Shown: positions 18,881 through 26,160 of the stretch, in pieces
How the letters are laid out: each line of letters begins with the position of its first letter
How positions within the stretch are numbered: the first letter of the stretch is position 1
Source: Calothrix sp. NIES-2100
GTDB lineage: Bacteria > Cyanobacteriota > Cyanobacteriia > Cyanobacteriales > Nostocaceae
NCBI GenBank assembly: GCA_002368195.1
Contig: AP018178.1
Location: 4,873,039 to 4,905,038 of the forward strand
DNA length: 32,000 bases
Reading direction: 5' to 3'
Position numbers and translations under genes: made by a program
Notes under the pieces: model-generated
Seen by the model: the letters and a program-made list of their open reading frames with translations, nothing else
Told to the model about the DNA's origin: nothing
Databases searched by the model: none

Positions 18881-18910
18881 TGTGACTATGGTGTGACTAA
18901 CTTAGTCACA
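18881..18910. promoter_or_regulatory. Triple GTGACTA site: one direct copy plus a 19-nt perfect palindrome TGTGACTAACTTAGTCACA
   Basis: TGTGACTA lies at 18881..18888 and the palindrome at 18892..18910, about 180 nt upstream of the GNAT-like start. Confidence 0.3.
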
Positions 18911-19000
18911 AGTTTTTGTCTAATTCTTTAAAAATCAAACTCTATACTGTGCATTAACTATTTTCATGGCTGCCTACTTTCACTGCCAAATATTTCAACT

Positions 19001-19045
19001 TTAAAAAGTAAAAAACCCTACGTATATTAGGCTCATACAGTAGGG
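19001..19045 (-). terminator. Candidate intrinsic terminator (minus strand) inside the AT-rich non-coding stretch
   Basis: The minus strand reads CCCTAC-tgtatgagcctaatatac-GTAGGG followed by TTTTTTACTTTTT. The plus-strand orientation has no U-tract. Confidence 0.35.
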
Positions 19046-19234
19046 AAAAGCAAAATTGACTTTGTTAGTTTCAATCACCATATAAAAAATTAACTATATT
19101 TTTATATAGGTTTTAAATTTTAATATCAACACAGCTACGTTATTTATACTTTCCCAGTGTTCTCATGGAATGATCAACCCAAATTTCTCACAAAAGGCGT
19201 AATATCTTCCCACCAGTCTTTGCTGCTCAATGTT

Positions 19235-19269
19235 AAAATCTAAAATCCAAAATCTAAAATCTAAAATTG
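19235..19269. repeat. STRR heptamer AAAATCT x5
   Basis: The sequence reads aaaatct aaaatcc aaaatct aaaatct aaaattg and ends at the ATG of the next gene. Confidence 0.9.
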
Positions 19270-19270
19270 A

Positions 19271-19825
19271 ATGAGCCTGTTTTTCATTGCCTTGCTACCA
19301 CCGCCAGATATTCAAGATGACGTTAACCAAATCAAGCAATACTTTGCTGATAACTACGCCAGCCGACACGCGCAAAAGTCCCCGCCTCACATTACCCTGC
19401 AACCGCCCTTTGAATGGGCACATAGGGATATGTCACAACTAGAATCTTCTATTTTGGAGTTTGCTAACCAGCAACAGCTGCTACCTATTACATTAAGTGG
19501 GTTTGCGGCATTTGCACCGCGCGTCATATATATAGATGTAGTCAGAAGCCAAGAACTGTTAACCTTGCAACGAGATTTAACGGCTCATGTAGAAGCAAGT
19601 TTGGGAATTGTTGACAAGGTTGGGAAAACCCGCCCCTTTGCACCCCACATGACAGTTGCTTTTCGGGACTTAACGCGACAGAATTTTCAAGCTGCTTGGG
19701 CTGAATTTGAAAATCGGCAATTATATTTTGAGTTTACTGCTGACAAGTTGACTTTATTAATTCACGACGGTAGGCGTTGGAATATTAAATCGGAGTTTGG
19801 TTTTTTAGGAGTCAATAGTCAATAG
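19271..19825 (+). CDS. 2H phosphoesterase / 2'-5' RNA ligase (LigT-like) family protein
   Basis: The 184-aa ORF carries the two H-x-T/S-x motifs, PPHITLQPPF and APHMTVAF, at the expected spacing. Confidence 0.85.
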   Translation: MSLFFIALLPPPDIQDDVNQIKQYFADNYASRHAQKSPPHITLQPPFEWAHRDMSQLESSILEFANQQQLLPITLSGFAAFAPRVIYIDVVRSQELLTLQRDLTAHVEASLGIVDKVGKTRPFAPHMTVAFRDLTRQNFQAAWAEFENRQLYFEFTADKLTLLIHDGRRWNIKSEFGFLGVNSQ

Positions 19826-19860
19826 TCATTTGTCATTTGTCTACCTTATCCCCCTTATCC
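19811..19860. repeat. STRR cluster (GTCAATA x2, GTCATTT x2, CCTTATC x2)
   Basis: The sequence reads gtcaata gtcaata gtcattt gtcattt gtc taccttatc ccccttatcc. It spans both convergent stop codons. Confidence 0.85.
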
Positions 19861-21876
19861 AGACACAATACGAGACTGGACTTGAGATTTACTTAATTCA
19901 CTGACTAAACGATGTGCTTGGTGCTTGTAAAGTGGATATTGTAAAGTTCCAGGCAGTCGGTTCATTAATGTTCTGGCTGTATGCATATCACAGCCAGAAA
20001 TCCGTGAAATTACTGCTGCGCCTTCAAATGCAGCTTCTGATGTCAGCGCCGATTCTACTCGGACTTGCAATTGCCCAGGTGCGATCGCTCCCCGTTCTAC
20101 TTTTTGCAATCCTTCAATAGTTGCTAAAACTACCAAGCGATCGCCTACAGCTAGTTTGATATCATCAGAGGGCATCAACTTAGAATTGGATTGGCTAGCT
20201 TTGGCATGGAGAATTGGTACTATCCCATAACCATAAGCAATCTCAGCCAGCAATTTGCCATTGAGAGTATCATCAGCTTCAATTTGATATTCAGTCACTA
20301 GTGTAGTTTGTCCGTTGAGGCGAAACAAATTCAGGACATTTTCCCCAAACGCCGCCGCTGCAAAAGCTTCCGCAGCCAGAGCATAAACGCCTAAAACCCG
20401 AGCATAAGGTAGTAATCTCGCCACATTCTCACTAAAATGGGGGTCGTAGGTGCGAATTACTAAATTAGCTGTCGGATTGCTAGCATGGGCTGTCAATGCA
20501 ATTTCTAAATTAGTTACTTCATCATCGGTTACAACAATAACGCTTTTGGCAGTTGCCAGATTGACTTGGCTGAGAGCATTTTTAATATTGCCAATAATCA
20601 ACGGCATTGTGGATAATATCTCTGAGTCTAGTTCAGTGGCATGAACACCTACCAAAGGTTGTTTGAGTTCTTGCAATAGCTGGGCTACACCCTTACCAAC
20701 TCTCCCTAAACCAACTAATACTATATGCTCGGCTTTGGGTACTGGGAGACGCCGCCGAGAAAACTGGAATTTAGCAGCTAAGACACGTTCAGTCATAATG
20801 GCATAGAGAATGCCGACAAAAACTGTACCTGCTACAGTCTGAGTGATGCTGAATAAATGCAGCCACCAAGGAATTTCAAAAGGTAGTTGTAGCTGTCCAA
20901 ATAGGTTATCATAGCCGCCGATGCTTAAAACTAAAGAGACATTCAGGGCATCTTGGAAGCTGATTTTGGGATATTGTAGCTTGTATAGTAAAGTCCCGCA
21001 GAAAAACCAACTCAGCATCAGAAAACCGCCAACCAAAGCTACACGCCGGGTTTGGCTACTATCCTGCCAAAATTGACTCAGCTTGTGGCGCAGATTTTGC
21101 CATCTCATACCAACGATCAGTGCCCAAAAGAATTGCTTGCGACTGGTAACAGGTTGTGCTGTGCGAGTAGGGAGGCGTAGACGCTTCGCGTCTTGTCCCC
21201 AGACATCGCTGACTTCAATATATGCAACAGTATCTCCGCGTAAAATTTGCGTGTTCGGCTCCCATTGATAGAATGCTTTTGGTACAGGTTCTCCGGCTCT
21301 AGCATGAGCTAAAACTCGGCGATGAGCAGTATTAATTTCATGAATTTGGGGATGAGTACCCCAACGATGGGAAACATCTACAGGTACTCTAAAAACTCGT
21401 AGTAACTGATTTTCTAGAGTGAAAAAGCCTCTAGTTTCACTGCTTAAGCCGGCGATCGCAAAGCTTTTGGCTGGTAATTGGGTAGCGTCAAAAGCGACAA
21501 AATTACCCAAATTTTGACTGAGTAATTCATTGAGATTTTCTTGTGCGGAGCGAATCACCAGACGAATTTTCGGATTGAGCGATCGCGCGGCAAATGCAGC
21601 AGCAATATTCACCCGCTCATCACTAGTTACAATCAAAATTGCCCGACACTGTCTAATTCCTGCCTGTTCTAATATCTTCGGTTGGCGACAATCACCAATT
21701 ATGAGTTTGTCTACTAAATCAGGTAATTCGGGAATTTCCCATCTTTGAATATTTGCAACTTCAATCGCATTTACCTTGACACCAAACTCTTTGAGAACAG
21801 ACACACAATACTGTCCTAAATTGCCAAGCCCACACACTAAAAATAAGTTGGCATCGATAGTTGCATTCTGTACCAT
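19855..21876 (-). CDS. Ion-channel protein with RCK/TrkA-N domains on both sides of a 2-TM pore module
   Basis: The Rossmann motifs are LVCGLGNLGQ (N-terminal) and VLVGLGRVGKG (after the pore). The hydrophobic pair flanks FQDALNVSLVLSIGGYDNLFG, a K-channel-like pore helix and filter (codons 20896..20925). Confidence 0.85.
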   Translation of the reverse strand: MVQNATIDANLFLVCGLGNLGQYCVSVLKEFGVKVNAIEVANIQRWEIPELPDLVDKLIIGDCRQPKILEQAGIRQCRAILIVTSDERVNIAAAFAARSLNPKIRLVIRSAQENLNELLSQNLGNFVAFDATQLPAKSFAIAGLSSETRGFFTLENQLLRVFRVPVDVSHRWGTHPQIHEINTAHRRVLAHARAGEPVPKAFYQWEPNTQILRGDTVAYIEVSDVWGQDAKRLRLPTRTAQPVTSRKQFFWALIVGMRWQNLRHKLSQFWQDSSQTRRVALVGGFLMLSWFFCGTLLYKLQYPKISFQDALNVSLVLSIGGYDNLFGQLQLPFEIPWWLHLFSITQTVAGTVFVGILYAIMTERVLAAKFQFSRRRLPVPKAEHIVLVGLGRVGKGVAQLLQELKQPLVGVHATELDSEILSTMPLIIGNIKNALSQVNLATAKSVIVVTDDEVTNLEIALTAHASNPTANLVIRTYDPHFSENVARLLPYARVLGVYALAAEAFAAAAFGENVLNLFRLNGQTTLVTEYQIEADDTLNGKLLAEIAYGYGIVPILHAKASQSNSKLMPSDDIKLAVGDRLVVLATIEGLQKVERGAIAPGQLQVRVESALTSEAAFEGAAVISRISGCDMHTARTLMNRLPGTLQYPLYKHQAHRLVSELSKSQVQSRIVSG

Positions 21877-21998
21877 AATTAAGGCTAATGCTAATCTATT
21901 AGATATTTAACTTTTTAATTGCTAATTCGGTGTGATATATTTCCGAAATACACAGAACTGTATTTGTATCTCCCAGTGCCATTAACTATTTCATTATT

Positions 21999-22457
21999 AT
22001 GGAACCTGTAACATTAACAGCAGTTGCAACAGCGATCGCTACTATAGTTTTAACTAAGGCTTTAGAAAAAACTGGCGAAAAGCTTGGGGAAGCTGCATTA
22101 GACAAAAGTCGTGAGTTAATTGAACAGCTACATCATAAAAATAAGTTACCCTGGCTAGCGGATGGGACACAGCAAAATTCACAGCAGCCGTTAGATTATG
22201 GCAAAGCAGTGCTGGAGTTGAAAGCAGCAGCAGATAAAGATGACGACATTGCTCAACGAGTGCGAGAAGTAGAAGCAGCCGTTAACAATGAACAGTCTCA
22301 GGGTGCTGAAGAAATTCAAAAATTAGTAACAAAAATCCAAGCGCAGCCATCTATTGTCAATAACTTTGCCAAATTAGCGGATGAAATCAAAGTCGAGAAA
22401 GGATCAACGGTTGCCCAACAAGTCATAATTGAGCAACAGCACAACACTTACAACTGA
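21999..22457 (+). CDS. 152-aa helical protein, candidate N-terminal effector domain of (or partner to) the downstream STAND NTPase
   Basis: It starts with the uncharged hydrophobic helix TLTAVATAIATIVLTKAL, continues with charged helices, and ends in a Q/N-rich tail, VAQQVIIEQQHNTYN. Its TGA (22455..22457) is in frame with the next ORF. Confidence 0.7.
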   Translation: MEPVTLTAVATAIATIVLTKALEKTGEKLGEAALDKSRELIEQLHHKNKLPWLADGTQQNSQQPLDYGKAVLELKAAADKDDDIAQRVREVEAAVNNEQSQGAEEIQKLVTKIQAQPSIVNNFAKLADEIKVEKGSTVAQQVIIEQQHNTYN

Positions 22458-22532
22458 CTACCGTCGCCTGGAGGAGAACAGGTAAAGTCAAATCTCGCTA
22501 ACGAAATACCGCAAAATTTACCCCTGAGTGGG

Positions 22533-25500
22533 GTGGTGGAATTTGTCGGACGCGCCACAGAATTGCAAAAACTCCACGAACTTTTGCTGCAAAATCAACA
22601 AGTGGTTACTGAGCGTAGTCGAAGTATAGCCATTGCAGCTATTGCGGGGATGGGGGGAGTTGGGAAAACAGAACTCGCCTTACAATATGCCATCCAGTAC
22701 CGCGAAACATACAACGGTGGGCTTTGCTGGTTGTTGCCAAAATCTGGAGATATAGGTATTCAAATTGTCCAGTTTGCCAGAACGCAGCTTGATTTAAACC
22801 CGCCAACAGATGTAGGTTTACCCGCCCAAGTGCAATATTGCTGGCGGCGTTGGCGAGAGGGTGAGGTGCTGCTGGTGTTGGATGATGTCAGCGACTATGA
22901 AGAAGTCAAGCCTTATTTACCGTCATCATCTTCTCGGTTTAAAGTGCTGATGACTACGCGCCAGAAATTGGGGCGGATAGCACAATTATCTTTGGATGTG
23001 CTGCAACCAGAGGCGGCGCTGGAATTATTAAAGTCTTTACTCAAAGAAACACCGGGGCGAGTTGAAAAAGAATTAGCTTTAGCAAATCAGTTGTGTGAGT
23101 GGCTGGGATATTTACCTTTGGGTGTGGAATTAGTGGGGCGCTATCTGGCGCGGAAACAGGATTTATCTTTAGCAGAAATGTTGCGGCGGTTGGAGAACAA
23201 GCGATTAGATGAGCGTTCTTTGTCTAAATCTAAGTCGGAAGCCGACATGACAGCACAACGAGGTGTGTTAGCAGCCTTTGAGTTGAGTTGGCAAGAATTA
23301 GAGGAGAATGATCAACAACTGGGCTGTTTATTAAGTTTATTTGCCGCCGCACCCATACCTTGGGTGTTGGTGGAACAGTGTTTACCAGAGGAAGATGCCG
23401 AAGATTTAGAGGAAATTAGAGATGATAGTCTGCTGAATTTGCATTTACTCCAGCGTAAAGGTGAGGGAATCTATCAACTACATCCACTATTGCGGGAGTT
23501 TTTCCAATATAAGCTTACAGGTTTAGAACAGGCAGAGGAATTTAAGCGATCGCTTTGTCGGGTAATGGTAGCAGTTGCAAAAGATATTCCTGACTCCCCC
23601 ACCCTTGAGAAAATCACTACAATCTCCCCTGCAATACCTCATCTAGATGAAGTAGCGAATAATCTCATTCAATACGTCAGCAATGATGATTTACCCTGGC
23701 CTTTTGTCGGTAACGGTAGATTTTATGAAGGTCAGGGATTGTATAATCAGGCATTACCTTGCTACAAGCGGTGTCTAGAAGTTACCAAAAAATGTTTGGG
23801 AGAAGAACATCCAGATGTCGCCACTAGCCTCAACAACCTCGCAGTACTCTACAAATCCCAAGGCAGATACAGCGAAGCTGAACGCTTGCATATCCAAGCT
23901 TTAGGACTTAGGCGCAAGCTGCTGGGAGAACGACACCCCGATATCGCACAAAGCCTCAACAACCTAGCATTAATATACCGTTTCCAAGGCAGATACAGCG
24001 AAGCTGAACCCTTGTACATTCAAGCTTTGACACTATGGCGCAAGCTACTGGGAGAAGAACACTCATATGTCGCCACTAGCCTCAATAACCTAGCGCAAAT
24101 CTACAGTTTCCAAGGCAGATACAGCGAAGCCGAACCTTTGTGCATTCAAGCTTTGGCACTCAAACGCCAGTTGCTGGGAGAAGAACACCCAGATGTCGCT
24201 ACTAGCCTCGGCAACCTAGCGCAAATCTACAGTTTCCAAGGCAGATACAGCGAAGCCGAACCTTTGTGCATCCAAGCTTTGGCACTATGGTGCAAGCTAG
24301 TGGGAGAAGAACATCCAGATGTCGCCACTAGCCTCAACAATCTAGCGGCACTCTACCATTTCCAAGGCAGATACAGCGAAGCCGAACCTCTGTACATTCA
24401 AGCTTTGGCACTCAAACGCCAGTTGCTGGGAGAAGAACACCCAGATGTCGCTACTAGCCTCAACAACCTAGCAAAACTCTACGAATCCCAAGGCAGATAC
24501 AGCGAAGCCGAACCCTTTTTAATCCAAGCTTTGGCACTCAGGCGCAAGCTGCTAGGAGAGGAACACCCAGATGTCGCCTCTAACCTCAACAGCCTCGCGG
24601 GAATCTACTATTCTCAAGGCAAATACAGCGAAGCCGAACCTCTATACATTCAAGCTTTGGCACTCAAACGCCAGATGCTGGGAGAAAAACACCCAGATGT
24701 CGCCACTAGCCTCAGCAACCTAGCGAAAATCAACGAATCCCAAGGCAGATACAGTGAAGCCGAACCTCTGTACATTCAAGCTTTGGCACTATGGCGCAAG
24801 CTGCTAGGAGAGGAACACCCAGATGTCGCCTCTAACCTCAACAGCCTCGCGGGAATCTACTATTCTCAAGGCAAATACAGCGAAGCCGAACCCTTTTTAA
24901 TCCAAGCTTTGGCACTATGGCGCAAGCTACTGGGAGAAGAACACCCAGATGTCGCCGCTAACCTCAACAATCTAGCAAAACTATACTATTCCCAAGGTAG
25001 ACACAGCGAAGCTGAACCACTGTACATTCAAGCTTTGGCACTATGGCGCAAGCTGCTAGGAGAAGAACACTCAAATGTCGCCACTAGCCTCTATAACCTA
25101 GCAGAACTCTACGAATTCCAAGGCAGATACAGCGAAGCTGAACCACTGTACATTCAAGCTTTGGCACTATGGCGCAAGCTACTGGGAGAAGAACACTCAA
25201 ATGTCGCCGCTAGCCTCAACAGGCTAGTAAAACTCTACAAATCCCAACGTAAATACAGCGAAGCCGAACCATTTTTAATTCAAGCTTTGGCGCTATGGCG
25301 CAAGCTGCTGGGAGAGGAACACCCATTTGTCGCCACTAGCCTCAACAACCTAGCAGAACTCTACGAATTCCAAGGCAAATACAGCGAAGCCGAACCTCTT
25401 TACATCCAAACTTTGGCGCTCACACGCAAGTTAGTGGCAGAAGAACACCCAGATGTCGCCACTAGCCTCAACAACCTAGCGGTACTCTACGAATCCCAAG

Positions 25501-25913
25501 GCAAATACAGCGAAGCCGAACCCTTTTTAATCAAAGCTTTGGCACTATGGCGCAAGCTACTGGGTGAAGAACACCCAGATGTCGCTACTGGTGTCAGCAA
25601 CCTAGCGGTACTCTACAAATCCCAAGGCAAATACAGCGAAGCTGAACCTCTTTTCATCCAAGCTTTGGCACTCAGGCGCAAGCTACTGGGTGAAGAACAT
25701 CCACATATCGCTGTTAGCCTCAACAACCTAGCGGTACTCTACAACTCCCAAGGCAGATACAGCGAAGCCGAACCCCTTTACATCCAAGCTTTAGATATTC
25801 TTGAGCAATGCTTAGGCGCTAATCATCCCAATACTGTTACTGTACATCAAAATTTAGCAGATTTGCGCTCCGGCGTAGCCCGCCGCAGGCATCGCCTTAC
25901 CTCAGAGCAGTAA
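22533..25913 (+). CDS. NLR-like STAND NTPase: NB-ARC domain plus ~17 TPR (42-aa) repeats
   Basis: Walker A is GMGGVGKTELA and Walker B is VLLVLDDV, with NB-ARC-like MTTR and GYLPLG segments. After these come tandem units of the form EEHPDVATSLNNLAxLYxSQGRYSEAEPLYIQALALWRKLLG. The track start is a GTG, and the frame is open back to 22458. Confidence 0.9.
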   Translation: MVEFVGRATELQKLHELLLQNQQVVTERSRSIAIAAIAGMGGVGKTELALQYAIQYRETYNGGLCWLLPKSGDIGIQIVQFARTQLDLNPPTDVGLPAQVQYCWRRWREGEVLLVLDDVSDYEEVKPYLPSSSSRFKVLMTTRQKLGRIAQLSLDVLQPEAALELLKSLLKETPGRVEKELALANQLCEWLGYLPLGVELVGRYLARKQDLSLAEMLRRLENKRLDERSLSKSKSEADMTAQRGVLAAFELSWQELEENDQQLGCLLSLFAAAPIPWVLVEQCLPEEDAEDLEEIRDDSLLNLHLLQRKGEGIYQLHPLLREFFQYKLTGLEQAEEFKRSLCRVMVAVAKDIPDSPTLEKITTISPAIPHLDEVANNLIQYVSNDDLPWPFVGNGRFYEGQGLYNQALPCYKRCLEVTKKCLGEEHPDVATSLNNLAVLYKSQGRYSEAERLHIQALGLRRKLLGERHPDIAQSLNNLALIYRFQGRYSEAEPLYIQALTLWRKLLGEEHSYVATSLNNLAQIYSFQGRYSEAEPLCIQALALKRQLLGEEHPDVATSLGNLAQIYSFQGRYSEAEPLCIQALALWCKLVGEEHPDVATSLNNLAALYHFQGRYSEAEPLYIQALALKRQLLGEEHPDVATSLNNLAKLYESQGRYSEAEPFLIQALALRRKLLGEEHPDVASNLNSLAGIYYSQGKYSEAEPLYIQALALKRQMLGEKHPDVATSLSNLAKINESQGRYSEAEPLYIQALALWRKLLGEEHPDVASNLNSLAGIYYSQGKYSEAEPFLIQALALWRKLLGEEHPDVAANLNNLAKLYYSQGRHSEAEPLYIQALALWRKLLGEEHSNVATSLYNLAELYEFQGRYSEAEPLYIQALALWRKLLGEEHSNVAASLNRLVKLYKSQRKYSEAEPFLIQALALWRKLLGEEHPFVATSLNNLAELYEFQGKYSEAEPLYIQTLALTRKLVAEEHPDVATSLNNLAVLYESQGKYSEAEPFLIKALALWRKLLGEEHPDVATGVSNLAVLYKSQGKYSEAEPLFIQALALRRKLLGEEHPHIAVSLNNLAVLYNSQGRYSEAEPLYIQALDILEQCLGANHPNTVTVHQNLADLRSGVARRRHRLTSEQ
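23800..25800 (+). repeat. Intragenic 126-bp tandem repeat array (16 near-identical TPR-coding units)
   Basis: Units are in 126-nt register. Positions 24541..24640 are identical to 24793..24892 (100 nt, offset 252). Confidence 0.95.
25872..25895. repeat. Small dispersed repeat inside the last codons of the NLR-like gene
   Basis: The sequence ggcgtagcccgccgcaggcatcgc is the reverse complement of the 17903..17926 element with one mismatch. It encodes the odd C-terminal tail GVARRRHR. Confidence 0.6.
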
Positions 25914-25956
25914 AATTGAAGCTTTCAGTCTAATCAATCAAGCTTTTATCTGCAAG

Positions 25957-26160
25957 TTCCGTGTTCTGAACTCCAAGTTTCCTGTTCCAAACAAGAACGT
26001 TCCTGTTCCAAGTGAGAATGTTCCTGTTCTGAACGAGAACGTTCCTGTTTCAAACGAGAATGTTCCTGTTCTGAAAGAGAACGTTTCTGTTTCAAGTGAG
26101 AATGTTCCTGTTCTGAGCTAGTAGTTCCGAGTTCTGAGGTGGAATGATGGTGTTCTGAGT
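25957..26160. repeat. 21-bp tandem repeat array, ~10 copies (consensus GTTCCTGTTCYRAACGAGAAY)
   Basis: Copies are in exact register at 25957, 25978, 25999, 26020, 26041, 26062, 26083, 26104, 26125 and 26146, and they decay at both ends. Confidence 0.9.

Noticed and set aside
18892-18910. TGTGA…TCACA palindrome as a CRP/SYCRP1 (TGTGA-N6-TCACA) or NtcA (GTA-N8-TAC) site
   Set aside because: The spacer between TGTGA and TCACA is 9 nt, not 6, and there is no GTA-N8-TAC arrangement. I keep it only as a generic dyad.
19001-19081. A 26-codon hydrophobic ORF (MVIETNKVNFAFPYCMSLIYVGFFTF) on the minus strand as a type I toxin-like peptide
   Set aside because: Its coding region runs through the terminator hairpin, and its stop lies at the end of the U-tract. 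No SD is visible, and the AT-rich context makes such short ORFs likely by chance.
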